Shown in pieces: positions 48,143-57,814 of a stretch of DNA of 64,000 bases. A program made the translations under genes and the position numbers. Each line of letters opens with the position of its first letter. Position 1 is the first letter of the stretch. The notes beneath the pieces were generated by a model. That model did not search any database. It was not told the origin of the DNA and saw only the letters and a list, made by a program, of their open reading frames with translations. The stretch comes from Psychrobacter sp. GTDB lineage: Bacteria > Pseudomonadota > Gammaproteobacteria > Pseudomonadales > Moraxellaceae. The DNA is taken from the NCBI RefSeq assembly GCF_049295055.1, contig NZ_JBAQQF010000053.1, positions 61,871 through 125,870 of the forward strand, in the 5' to 3' direction.

Positions 48143-49396
48143 ATGACAATTATACAAACTAAGAGCATCCATGTGTCTTTGGCCTTACCTATCCTCATAA
48201 CTACGCTGCTGTTTAGCGCCTCTGCTTGTTCTAATCCTTCCGCAGTCAATACCAATGACGATCTTGCTCAATACAAAGAAGCAGAAAATCCTGCCACTGA
48301 TACGCAAGTAGAGGCTGATAAACCTGCCTTTACTACTAAAGCGGTGACAATCTTCAATGAACCTTGGGCAATGACTGCTTTACCTACCGTTAATAATGAG
48401 CTACCCAAATTACTTGTCACCCAGAAAACAGGCGAGTTATTCATAGTTGATACGACGACCGGTACTAAGACAGTAGTGACTGGTATACCAAAAGTCGCTT
48501 ACGGCGGGCAGGGCGGTCTCGGTGATATTGTCATTGCACCAGATTTCGCCACCTCAAAGAACATCTACCTTAGCTATATTGAAGCAGGCAAAGGAGATGA
48601 TAGCAATAAATTTGGGGCAAAAGTTATCAAAGCTAAACTATCAGGGTTAGATAGCAACGCGCCAAGTTTGCAAGCGATTACTCCTATTTGGCAGCAGAAT
48701 CCAAAAATTGACGGACAAGGGCATTATAGTCACCGCTTGCTATTCTCTCCTGATGGGCAGTATTTATATATTAGCTCAGGCGAGCGCCAAGAAAAAACCC
48801 CAGCGCAAGATATGAGTGGTAATTTGGGCAAAATAATTAGATTAAATCTCGATGGTTCGCTACCAACGGATAACCCTTTTGCAGATGATAACAATGACAT
48901 CGCTGCTCAGTTTTGGAGCATAGGACATCGTAATGTACTGGGTATGGCATTTGATACTAAAAGGCAATTATGGGCGCATGAAATGGGTCCACGCGGTGGT
49001 GATGAGTTCAATCTCATTGAAAAAGGTAAAAATTATGGTTGGCCAATCGTATCAAATGGTCGCAACTATTCCGGTGTTGATATTCCCGACCACGATACCC
49101 GCCCCGAATTTGCAGCGCCCGTCATTACGTGGACACCAGTGATATCGCCTTCATCAATAAGTATTTATTCCTCTGGTAAATATAATGATTTTCCGGCGTG
49201 GCAAGGAAACGCCCTTATCAGTGGTTTATCATCCGAAGCGCTGATAGTTGTTGATTTTGATGAAAATAATGCGGCTTCTGAGCGTTATCGCTATGATATG
49301 GGAGAGCGAATTCGTAGTGTACTGAGTGTCGATGGGCAAGTATGGTTATTAGAAGATGGTGCTGAGGCTAAGCTGCTGCGATTGCTCCCCAATTAA
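48143..49396 (+). CDS. PQQ-dependent (soluble) sugar dehydrogenase, YliI/sorbosone dehydrogenase-like lipoprotein
   Basis: A 417-aa ORF with lipobox FSASAC and beta-propeller motifs (GGLGDI, HYSHRLLFSPDG, WSIGHRN, GPRGGDE.N, GKNYGWP). Confidence 0.85.
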   Translation: MTIIQTKSIHVSLALPILITTLLFSASACSNPSAVNTNDDLAQYKEAENPATDTQVEADKPAFTTKAVTIFNEPWAMTALPTVNNELPKLLVTQKTGELFIVDTTTGTKTVVTGIPKVAYGGQGGLGDIVIAPDFATSKNIYLSYIEAGKGDDSNKFGAKVIKAKLSGLDSNAPSLQAITPIWQQNPKIDGQGHYSHRLLFSPDGQYLYISSGERQEKTPAQDMSGNLGKIIRLNLDGSLPTDNPFADDNNDIAAQFWSIGHRNVLGMAFDTKRQLWAHEMGPRGGDEFNLIEKGKNYGWPIVSNGRNYSGVDIPDHDTRPEFAAPVITWTPVISPSSISIYSSGKYNDFPAWQGNALISGLSSEALIVVDFDENNAASERYRYDMGERIRSVLSVDGQVWLLEDGAEAKLLRLLPN

Positions 49397-49454
49397 ACAG
49401 GGTATTTATACATTTATTCAGATATTTATTCTGAGCAATTATCCAGTAACTAAA

Positions 49455-49488
49455 CCGCGCATTTGCTTGAGTAAATGTGGGGTTTTTT
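49455..49488 (+). terminator. Rho-independent terminator
   Basis: CCGCGCATTT gcttgagt AAATGTGGGG (one mismatch and one G-U pair) followed by TTTTTT. Confidence 0.6.
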
Positions 49489-49610
49489 AGGCGTTATTGT
49501 TTAATATAAGTTATTATTTAATTGAAAATTTAATATAAAGTGTTGAAAATAAATCGGTTATTTTTTTCAAGTTTTATTTTGTAAAAAATTGATAAATAAT
49601 GGTTATTTTG

Positions 49611-49629
49611 TTAAGGTGGCTACCCTTAA
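49611..49629. promoter_or_regulatory. TTAAGG-N7-CCTTAA palindrome 16 nt upstream of the first BCCT start codon
   Basis: TTAAGG tggctac CCTTAA, preceded by TTTTG. An equivalent site lies before the second paralog and a third at 35704. Confidence 0.45.
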
Positions 49630-49645
49630 ATCACGAGATTAAAGT

Positions 49646-51295
49646 ATGAACGAAGTAAAAGTAGGCCGACTGGGCCCTTTTCCACGGGTGAGTAAACCTG
49701 TGTTCATTGTATCAATGGTATTAATCGTCGGATTTATCATTTTTGGGACTTTCTTTACCGAAACTGCGGGTGTGCTTTTTAGCTTTTTACAAAACTTTAT
49801 TACCCACAAATTTGGTTGGATGTTTATTATTCTAGTCAATGTGGCGCTCTTACTTTGTATTTATCTGGCCATGAGCCGCTACGGTGACATTCGCTTGGGT
49901 GCGCAAACTGAGACCCCGCAATATAGCTTATTCTCATGGATTGGGATGTTGTTCTCTGCTGGTATCGGCATCGGGCTACTGTATTGGGGCACCGCAGAAC
50001 CCTTGTATCATTTTATGGCACCACCGCTGGGGGAAGCTGAAACTATAGCCGCCGCCAAACAAGCGATGAATCTGTCATTCTTGCATTGGGGGCTGCACGC
50101 TTGGGCGTTATATACCATCGTTGCTTTGGCCTTAGCTTATTTTCATTTTCGTCGCGGGCTACCGTTATCGATTCGCTCAACCCTATATCCACTATTGGGT
50201 AAAAAGATTTATGGCCCATGGGGACATACCGTTGATATTTTAGCGGTATTTGGCACCATGTTTGGGGTGGTCACCTCACTGGGTCTAGGCGTCATGCAAA
50301 TCAACTCTGGTCTAACCAGTTTATTTGGTATTCCCAATAATATAACCGTCCAGTTTATTCTAATTGCTTTTGTTACCGCAATGGCCGCCTTGTCAGTGAT
50401 GATGGGACTGAATAAAGGGGTTAAGCGCCTAAGTGAAATCAATATTGCCCTGACTCTGTTGATGCTGATATTTATGGTCGCACTGGGACCAACTCTATTT
50501 ATTTTCGACAGTTATATAGAAAATATCGGCAATTATGTTTCGGCGCTAGCGACTTTAGGGACGTGGGGTGAGTCTTATAGTGGTACAGATTGGCAAAGTG
50601 CTTGGACGATATTCTATTGGGCATGGTGGGTGAGCTGGTCGCCATTCGTGGGCATATTTATTGCCCGTATCAGTCGTGGCCGTACTATTAGAGAATTTAC
50701 CCTTGGGGTATTGCTTATACCCATGATGATTTTGTTTTTTTGGTTCACTACTTTTGGCGGTGTTGCTATCAATATGGAATTATTAGCGGGAGCTGATCCT
50801 AGTATAGTCAGTCCTGGGCTTATTGAAGCGGTGCAAGCCGATACTGGTAGTGCTATTTTTAAATTAATTGAATACTATCCGTTTGCCAAGCCGATTACCT
50901 TAATGATTGTGGTTATGATTATGCTGTGGTTTGTCACCTCATCGGATTCAGCCAGTCTCGTCATTGATATGTTGACTGCTGGTGGTGATACCAACCCACC
51001 GCGGATTCAGCGCTTATTTTGGGCGACAACCCAAGGGGTGATTGCAGCAATATTACTGGCAGCTGGTGGCTTATCTGCCCTACAAGCTGCTGCTATCATT
51101 GCTGGCCTGCCATTCGCGCTAGTCATCTTTGTTATTATGTATGCGCTGCTGCGTGGGCTTAGCCGAGATCGCTTGATTCTATATCGAGCTCAGCAGTATT
51201 TTATCACTGAAGAATCGGCAGATCATAATTCGGCCAATGAGTTTGTTGATGAGCACTTACTAAAAGGGCCTCCTAAGATTATAGAAGGAGATTAA
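49646..51295 (+). CDS. BCCT-family (betaine/carnitine/choline) transporter, paralog 1
   Basis: A 549-aa ORF with about 12 TM helices and the BCCT signature WTIFYWAWWVSWSPFVGIFIARISRGRTIREF. Confidence 0.92.
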   Translation: MNEVKVGRLGPFPRVSKPVFIVSMVLIVGFIIFGTFFTETAGVLFSFLQNFITHKFGWMFIILVNVALLLCIYLAMSRYGDIRLGAQTETPQYSLFSWIGMLFSAGIGIGLLYWGTAEPLYHFMAPPLGEAETIAAAKQAMNLSFLHWGLHAWALYTIVALALAYFHFRRGLPLSIRSTLYPLLGKKIYGPWGHTVDILAVFGTMFGVVTSLGLGVMQINSGLTSLFGIPNNITVQFILIAFVTAMAALSVMMGLNKGVKRLSEINIALTLLMLIFMVALGPTLFIFDSYIENIGNYVSALATLGTWGESYSGTDWQSAWTIFYWAWWVSWSPFVGIFIARISRGRTIREFTLGVLLIPMMILFFWFTTFGGVAINMELLAGADPSIVSPGLIEAVQADTGSAIFKLIEYYPFAKPITLMIVVMIMLWFVTSSDSASLVIDMLTAGGDTNPPRIQRLFWATTQGVIAAILLAAGGLSALQAAAIIAGLPFALVIFVIMYALLRGLSRDRLILYRAQQYFITEESADHNSANEFVDEHLLKGPPKIIEGD

Positions 51296-51373
51296 TAATC
51301 GACTTTCTAATCAGCCGTCAGCGTTAGTATTAGTACAATTAATACTAAAGTGAAAGGTTAAAGTTACAGTAAT

Positions 51374-51411
51374 AAAAAATCCTAAGAGGCACTATTATCT
51401 TAGGATTTTTT
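51374..51411 (+). terminator. Rho-independent terminator between the BCCT paralogs
   Basis: AAAAAATCCTAAGA ggcactatta TCTTAGGATTTTTT. Confidence 0.8.
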
Positions 51412-51465
51412 CGTTTTTAAAACTGGAAGGTGTCCAAACAAATTTGATAGTTACTATCTATCTTG

Positions 51466-51483
51466 TTAAGGTGGGCACCTTAA
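51466..51483. promoter_or_regulatory. TTAAGG-N6-CCTTAA palindrome 17 nt upstream of the second BCCT start codon
   Basis: TTAAGG tgggca CCTTAA. It can also be read as a perfect 8-2-8 repeat, TTAAGGTG gg CACCTTAA. Confidence 0.45.
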
Positions 51484-51500
51484 AAAATTGAGATGACTAA

Positions 51501-53156
51501 ATGGATCATGTAAAAGTTGGCCGATTGGGGCCTTTTCCTCGCGTTAGTAAGCCAGTATTTTTATCCTCGGCAATTTTAATTGTCGCGTTTATTATTTTCG
51601 GTGCTTTCTTTAATGAACTTGCAAATGAAGTATTTGGCCAAGCAAAGGCATTTATTTCTGTACGCTTTGGCTGGTTCTTTATTGTCGTCGTCAATCTAGC
51701 CTTAGTAATGAGTATATATTTAATATTTAGTAAATATGGTGATATCAGGCTTGGATACCAGACAGAAAAGCCTGAATACAATTTGATTTCTTGGATTGGT
51801 ATGTTGTTTTCAGCCGGTATCGGTATTGGTTTACTCTACTGGGGTACTGCTGAACCGCTACAGCATTTTATGGCACCGCCACTAGGTGAGCCTGAGACGA
51901 TTGCCGCTGCCAAGCAAGCGATGAATATCTCGTTCTTACATTATGGCCTGCATGTATGGGCCATCTATGGCATGGTTGCGCTGTCATTGGCCTACTTTCA
52001 CTATCGCCGCGGTTTGCCATTGGCGATTCGATCGACGTTATATCCTTTGATTGGTAAAAAAATCTATGGTCCATGGGGTCATACGGTTGATACTTTAGCG
52101 GTATTCGGTACGATGTTTGGGGTAGTAACGACTTTGGGTCTTGGCGTATTGCAAATTAACTCTGGCCTTGAAACCTTATTTGGCATTCCTAATAACATTA
52201 CCGTACAGATTATTTTGATAGCTTTTATCACTATGCTTGCCGGTCTGTCACTGATGATGGGCTTGGACAAAGGTATCAAGCGCTTAAGCGATATCAATAT
52301 TTTCCTGACCATTGTACTGCTAAGCTTTGTGATTATTTTAGGGCCGACCCAGTTTATTATAAATAGTTTTGTAGAAAACATCGGTAACTATATACATCAA
52401 GTGATTCCATTGGGTCTTTGGACGGAATCGTATGCTGGCAAAGAAAACTGGCAGTCGTCTTGGACGATTTTCTATTGGGCATGGTGGATTAGTTGGTCGC
52501 CATTCGTTGGGGTATTTATCGCGCGTATTTCTCGTGGTCGTACTATTCGCGAGTTTATATTGGGTGTACTGCTTATTCCCATTACAATTCTATTTCTATG
52601 GTTCACAGCGTTTGGTGGCTCGGCGGTGCATATGGAGTTGATGGCTGCGGCTGATCCTAGTCTAGCAAGCCCCGGTCTTGTCGAAGCAGTAAAGGTTGAT
52701 TATGGTAGTGCTATCTTTAAACTGATGGAGTTTTACCCCTTTGCAGAAGCGGCAACCTTACTGATTATTGTGATGATTGTGCTGTGGTTTGTGACGTCAT
52801 CAGATTCAGCCAGCTTTGTGATTGATATGCTGACTTCAGGTGGTGATGCCAATCCACCAAAGATTCAGCGTTTATTTTGGGCAGGTACTGAAGGTGTTAT
52901 CGCTGCGGTATTATTGGCAGCAGGTGGATTAGGCGCTTTACAAGCGGCTTCCATTGTCTCAGGCTTCCCCTTTGCCGTTGTTATACTGATTATGCTGTAT
53001 TCATTACTGCGCGGCTTAAGTCGAGATCGCTTGATTTTGTACCGCAATCAGCAATGGTTTATCACTGAAGAGTCCGCCGAGCATAATTCAGCCAATGAGT
53101 TCCGCGATGAAGACTTACTCACGGGTCCACCTGATATTGAAAAACCGTCCGAATAA
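51501..53156 (+). CDS. BCCT-family transporter, paralog 2
   Basis: A 551-aa ORF, colinear with paralog 1 and roughly three quarters identical by eye. Same BCCT signature, WTIFYWAWWISWSPFVGVFIARISRGRTIREF. Confidence 0.92.
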   Translation: MDHVKVGRLGPFPRVSKPVFLSSAILIVAFIIFGAFFNELANEVFGQAKAFISVRFGWFFIVVVNLALVMSIYLIFSKYGDIRLGYQTEKPEYNLISWIGMLFSAGIGIGLLYWGTAEPLQHFMAPPLGEPETIAAAKQAMNISFLHYGLHVWAIYGMVALSLAYFHYRRGLPLAIRSTLYPLIGKKIYGPWGHTVDTLAVFGTMFGVVTTLGLGVLQINSGLETLFGIPNNITVQIILIAFITMLAGLSLMMGLDKGIKRLSDINIFLTIVLLSFVIILGPTQFIINSFVENIGNYIHQVIPLGLWTESYAGKENWQSSWTIFYWAWWISWSPFVGVFIARISRGRTIREFILGVLLIPITILFLWFTAFGGSAVHMELMAAADPSLASPGLVEAVKVDYGSAIFKLMEFYPFAEAATLLIIVMIVLWFVTSSDSASFVIDMLTSGGDANPPKIQRLFWAGTEGVIAAVLLAAGGLGALQAASIVSGFPFAVVILIMLYSLLRGLSRDRLILYRNQQWFITEESAEHNSANEFRDEDLLTGPPDIEKPSE

Positions 53157-53182
53157 TGATTCAGTAGATTATCGTTGAATAG

Positions 53183-53219
53183 AAAAGCCCCAACTTTATC
53201 ATAAGCTGGGGCTTTTTTT
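53183..53219. terminator. bidirectional Rho-independent terminator (BCCT paralog 2 and the convergent lipoprotein gene)
   Basis: AAAAGCCCCA actttatcataagc TGGGGCTTTTTTT. Confidence 0.75.
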
Positions 53220-53272
53220 ATGTTGGCTGTTCTCTTGTCAATAATAAAGGAGGTCTAACTAAGGTTATGAGC

Positions 53273-53656
53273 TTAGGAACATTGCCCTTTTACATAACCG
53301 ACGGCTGCCGTTGTGCCACAAGCTGAGCATGAATTGCCTGCAGTGCGATAGCTTACTCCTGATTTGGTTTTTACGGTGACACAAACAGGATCATATTGCG
53401 CAGTGCACATGGTTTGCTCAGGATTGTACGGCGGACACTTGGTAAAAGCGTTGCTATTAGAGCCCTGATTGGTCGTATAACTTTGGTTCTTATCATATTC
53501 AATAGTATGAATGGGGGAGGTATCAGGCGCATCGATGCTTTGGATATTATTACAGCCGGCTAAGGCCATGGTTGCTGATAATCCTAATAATGATAAATAT
53601 GATAGCGATGACAGCCATGATAATGATGAAAACCAAGATTTGGATAAATACTTCAT
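53273..53656 (-). CDS. lipoprotein with a C-terminal Kazal-like cysteine-rich domain
   Basis: A 127-aa ORF with lipobox LAGC. The C-terminus CPPYNPEQTMCTAQYDPVCVTVKTKSGVSYRTAGNSCSACGTTAAVGYVKGQC has 6 Cys, including C-x7-C with YDPVC and C-x2-C. Confidence 0.6.
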   Translation of the reverse strand: MKYLSKSWFSSLSWLSSLSYLSLLGLSATMALAGCNNIQSIDAPDTSPIHTIEYDKNQSYTTNQGSNSNAFTKCPPYNPEQTMCTAQYDPVCVTVKTKSGVSYRTAGNSCSACGTTAAVGYVKGQCS

Positions 53657-53788
53657 AATAATATTTCCTTATAAATAGCGCTCGATAACTTCCTGTTATT
53701 GACAGTCAGCTTTAACCATATAAGTCATAAAGGGATCTAAATTCATAGTAGCTTATTTATCAGCAGTCATCCACTGAATGATCGTCAA

Positions 53789-53822
53789 TAAAAAACCCAA
53801 GCTTAATAATAAGCTTGGGTTT
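53789..53822 (-). terminator. Rho-independent terminator after the DUF3144-like gene
   Basis: Stem ACCCAAGCTT (53795-53804) / AAGCTTGGGT (53811-53820), followed by a U-run on the minus strand. Confidence 0.75.
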
Positions 53823-53881
53823 GAATTTTAATACTATAAAAATATTCGCAACTTTAGAGTATTCTGCTAAATACGGTAGTG

Positions 53882-54250
53882 TTATTTAACAGGCTTATCG
53901 TCTTGATTAAGCTGGATATATTTATCGAAATTTTGGGCATAATCAGTCAAGTTGTCGCTGAGCATTTGACGATATTGTTTGGTGTAAAACTCAACAATAT
54001 CATCTTTTTCTTTGGCGAAATCATCACCCTTTACAAAGCCAATAGAAGCAACAGACGAGCTATAGCGTGCAGCGGCATAAAGCAATGAAGCACCTACTTG
54101 TCCTGAATGCGCATCAGAACCCAATTGACTGTTTGCTACACCGATAATGGCATCGGCACGTTGATAAAACGCCTGCATTTCAGGGGTGATTTCAAGCGCG
54201 GCGTCAATCTCGTCATTTTGAGTATTATTTGGCATGTTGTCTTGAGACAT
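53882..54250 (-). CDS. DUF3144-like small acidic protein
   Basis: A 122-aa ORF. FYQRADAIIGVANSQ...GASLLYAAARYSS resembles my recollection of DUF3144. Confidence 0.55.
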   Translation of the reverse strand: MSQDNMPNNTQNDEIDAALEITPEMQAFYQRADAIIGVANSQLGSDAHSGQVGASLLYAAARYSSSVASIGFVKGDDFAKEKDDIVEFYTKQYRQMLSDNLTDYAQNFDKYIQLNQDDKPVK

Positions 54251-54354
54251 AAGCGACTCCTAATAATGGTCGGTGAATTTATATTTATCACAGCAGTCTA
54301 ATGACTGAATAAGATAATAAGTAATTAAGGATAAAAAACGTTTAAGCACAAATT

Positions 54355-55521
54355 TTATAGACCAGCGTCCGCTTTTAAAATGTCAGCTTTGTCTGTTTTT
54401 TCCCAAGTAAAGGCCGTTTCAGAACCTTGGCGACCAAAGTGTCCAAAACTAGCCGTTTGCTGATACATCGGCTGTAATAAATTCAGCATACGGGTAATGC
54501 CATACGGACGTAGGTCGAAATGTTTACGGATTAAACGAATGATCTCATCGTTGCCGATTTTATTAGTACCAAAGGTATTGATCGAAATAGACGTTGGTTC
54601 AGCAACGCCAATTGCATAGCTTATTTGGACTTCACAGCGATCGGCAATACCGGCGGCAACTAGATTTTTGGCGACATAACGTACCGCGTAAGCTGCACTG
54701 CGATCGACTTTTGAAGGATCTTTACCACTAAATGCACCGCCGCCATGACGCGCCATGCCGCCATAAGTATCAACGATAATTTTACGACCAGTAAGACCGG
54801 CATCACCGACTGGGCCGCCAATGACGAATTTGCCTGTTGGATTAATATGATAGCGCGTACCAGCATGCAATAGATCCGCTGGCAATACTTGCTTAATAAT
54901 GGATTCCATTATCGCTTCTTGCAAATCTGCTTGTGAGATACTTGGATCATGTTGGGTCGATAGCACCACCGCATCAATAGCAACGGGTTTATTGCCGTCA
55001 TATTTAAGGGTAACTTGTGCTTTGGCATCCGGACGTAACCATGGTAGCTCACCTGCACGGCGCAATTCAGACTGACGCTGCATCAAGCGATGCGCATATT
55101 CGATAGGAGCAGGCATGAGAACTTCAGTTTCATTACTGGCATAGCCAAACATCAAACCTTGATCGCCTGCACCTTGCTCTTCAGGGTCACTGCGATCGAC
55201 ACCTTGGGCAATCTCAGGAGATTGCTTGCCAAGCATATTAATCACAGCGCAAGTCTCGCCATCGAAGCCTAAGTCTGAATGATGGTAGCCAATACCGTTC
55301 ACGGTATCACGGACAATACGCTCAAAATCGATGTTGGCGGTTGTGGTTATTTCACCGGCCAATACGACTGCGCCAGTTTTGACCAGTGTTTCACACGCCA
55401 CACGCGCATGAATATCTTCACGCAAAATAGCATCAAGGATAGCATCTGAGATTTGGTCAGCCATTTTATCAGGATGACCTTCGCTCACAGATTCTGAGGT
55501 AAATAAGTTATATTCGCGCAT
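54355..55521 (-). CDS. metK: S-adenosylmethionine synthase
   Basis: ATG at 55521 ([27 protein letters not shown]); the ORF-track start at 55542 is a TTG. It has [19 protein letters not shown]. Confidence 0.96.
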   Translation of the reverse strand: MREYNLFTSESVSEGHPDKMADQISDAILDAILREDIHARVACETLVKTGAVVLAGEITTTANIDFERIVRDTVNGIGYHHSDLGFDGETCAVINMLGKQSPEIAQGVDRSDPEEQGAGDQGLMFGYASNETEVLMPAPIEYAHRLMQRQSELRRAGELPWLRPDAKAQVTLKYDGNKPVAIDAVVLSTQHDPSISQADLQEAIMESIIKQVLPADLLHAGTRYHINPTGKFVIGGPVGDAGLTGRKIIVDTYGGMARHGGGAFSGKDPSKVDRSAAYAVRYVAKNLVAAGIADRCEVQISYAIGVAEPTSISINTFGTNKIGNDEIIRLIRKHFDLRPYGITRMLNLLQPMYQQTASFGHFGRQGSETAFTWEKTDKADILKADAGL

Positions 55522-55716
55522 AATAGGATCGCTTAGTTGCAAGGACTGTAATCTATAAACTCAGTCATTATTAAATGTTAACAGAAAAATAGGAGATAAA
55601 ATTGAATCAAAAAATTATGCCATTTTAACGTGAATTGAGGTAAAACTCTAGCTGTTGATATTAATGAAGAGATACTGTGTAGCAACTGGACAAAAAGACT
55701 GAAGAGTATTATGATT

Positions 55717-56061
55717 TTATCTCATATGTTGAAGTAAATAAGCATTTACTGATTCTGTTAACCATTTAATTAATTCGTCATCCATATATTGATATTCGTC
55801 AGGAATATCTAGAACAATCAGTCTTTTATTATTAAGTTGGTCGCGGAAATGGTCAGTGATATAACTTTTATGCTTATTTTCCATCACAAATATGATGTCT
55901 GACCAATTAATATCTATCGAATTTATAAGTTTACGAGCTGATTGGCTAATACCAGCAGAGCGAACATTTAAATTAGGATGGTCTTGGTAAATTCTCTCAG
56001 CAGTTGGACTACGCCATTGGTTTTTGCTGCAAACAAACAATAAATTCATTAAAGCCTTCAT
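55717..56061 (-). CDS. low-molecular-weight phosphotyrosine phosphatase-family protein (short form)
   Basis: A 114-aa ORF with the C-x5-R(S) P-loop, VCSKNQWRS. Confidence 0.7.
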   Translation of the reverse strand: MKALMNLLFVCSKNQWRSPTAERIYQDHPNLNVRSAGISQSARKLINSIDINWSDIIFVMENKHKSYITDHFRDQLNNKRLIVLDIPDEYQYMDDELIKWLTESVNAYLLQHMR

Positions 56062-56073
56062 TATAAAGTGTAT

Positions 56074-56769
56074 TTATACTTCTACAAACGCCGCTTTATC
56101 CTTAAACATACATTCGTCATAGACAGGACAAGCGCCACATTTCGGCGTGCGTGCTTGACAAGTATAGCGCCCATGCAAAATCAGATAATGATGCGCATCA
56201 ACGATAAAGTCGTCTGGAATGCGTTCAACCAGTTTTTTTTCAACGATTAAGACATTCTTACCTGTCGCAAGCCCCGTCCGATTGCCAACGCGAAATATAT
56301 GGGTATCGACTGCCATCGTAGGTTGCCCAAAGGCGGTATTTAACACCACATTTGCCGTCTTACGCCCAACGCCAGCCAGTGATTCCAAGTCTTTACGGTT
56401 ATCAGGAACGGTACTATTAAATTTCTCTATCAAATCACGGCAGGTTTTGATCACATTTTTAGCTTTGGCATTAAATAAGCCGATATTTTTAATATACGCT
56501 TTAAGTCCTTCCTCACCTAATGCCAAAATGGACTCAGGCGTGTTTGCTAACGGATATAACTTGCGAGTGGCAATATTGACACTCACATCAGTTGCCTGTG
56601 CCGATAAAATCACCGCGATAAGTAGTTCAAAATTGCTGCCATAGTTCAGCTCAGTGACTGGCTCATCAATCGTTGCTGCCAATTTTTCAAAAAACGGACG
56701 TACGTCACGATTGGGCATGCGCCTCGATGGTGGTGTATCAGCAGTTTTATGTTTGACGGTTTTACTCAT
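56074..56769 (-). CDS. nth: endonuclease III
   Basis: A 231-aa ORF with HhH-GPD (LESLAGVGRKTANVVL) and the FeS cluster loop CQARTPKCGACPVYDEC. Confidence 0.95.
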   Translation of the reverse strand: MSKTVKHKTADTPPSRRMPNRDVRPFFEKLAATIDEPVTELNYGSNFELLIAVILSAQATDVSVNIATRKLYPLANTPESILALGEEGLKAYIKNIGLFNAKAKNVIKTCRDLIEKFNSTVPDNRKDLESLAGVGRKTANVVLNTAFGQPTMAVDTHIFRVGNRTGLATGKNVLIVEKKLVERIPDDFIVDAHHYLILHGRYTCQARTPKCGACPVYDECMFKDKAAFVEV

Positions 56770-56848
56770 GGCATTGACTATTACTTTGATTATGAATGAT
56801 AAGAATTGATAAGTTGATGGCTTTATATGATAAAAAATTTATCTGTTA

Positions 56849-57691
56849 TTAAAGCTGTAAAAGTTCTGCTTGCAATGCCTCAAGCTCTGCTTGTTTACTA
56901 TCATTTGCTCGCATACTAAGCTGCTTTTCTAGTTTTTTAATTTTGCTGCGTAGTTTGGCGGCGGCAATGGTGTTTTTTGCTTGCGCTTCACTGATATTTA
57001 ACGACTGACTAGCAGCATTATTTAGTTTCGCTTCTACCATACTGACCACGGGTCTGTCGTTGCTGCTATCAGCAAGCTGCTCACTGACTCGTCTTAAATG
57101 GGTATGGTAACGCTGGCGCAAATCATCTTGCTCAAGGGTGCGCTCAGGGGTCGAAAGCGTGCGCTCAACCGTGACCAAATCAATGCAATCAACAGGGCAG
57201 GGCGCGATACATAGCTCACAGCCGGTGCATAAATCGGTGAAAATAGTGTGCATATGCTTGCCAGTACCAACGATGGCGTCGACTGGACAAGCGGGAATAC
57301 ATTTTGTACAGCCGATGCAATCATCTTCACGGATGACGGCTCGCACTTCAACAGGACGCTGAGAAGTAACATCTAGCGGCCATTTTGAAGATTCAGCGCT
57401 TAGTGTTGGCATACCAGCATTGATAATCTGCGCAATAGTATCTGTTACAGGCTGACCACCAGGCACACATTTATTATGTGGCTCACCATCCATAACGATT
57501 GCAACTGCATATGGTAAGCACCCATCGGCATGGTCGCAGAGACCGCACTGTGTTTGCGGTAGGCTGGCATCAATACGCGCAATCTGTTCCTGAATATCGG
57601 CAGGCAACGTTTCTATATTCAGCGAATCGAATAAGATTGGCAGATTGATTAATCGGATATTGATACTGCTTTTGCTAACGGTGCTTTGCAT
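56849..57691 (-). CDS. RnfB/RsxB-like ferredoxin-type protein with a C-terminal coiled-coil extension (no other rnf genes nearby)
   Basis: A 280-aa ORF with LPQTQCGLCDHADGCLPYAVAI, NKCVPGG, and two 4Fe-4S motifs, CIGCTKCIPACP and CTGCELCIAPCP. Confidence 0.8.
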   Translation of the reverse strand: MQSTVSKSSINIRLINLPILFDSLNIETLPADIQEQIARIDASLPQTQCGLCDHADGCLPYAVAIVMDGEPHNKCVPGGQPVTDTIAQIINAGMPTLSAESSKWPLDVTSQRPVEVRAVIREDDCIGCTKCIPACPVDAIVGTGKHMHTIFTDLCTGCELCIAPCPVDCIDLVTVERTLSTPERTLEQDDLRQRYHTHLRRVSEQLADSSNDRPVVSMVEAKLNNAASQSLNISEAQAKNTIAAAKLRSKIKKLEKQLSMRANDSKQAELEALQAELLQL

Positions 57692-57814
57692 GTGCTTTAA
57701 AACCTTCGTATCAGTGCTAAATGCTTATGATCATTGAGCGCTGATAGTAGAATAAATAAGATAATGGCGATATGGATAAATGCCGAATGATGCATGATGC
57801 CATGATATTATAGA

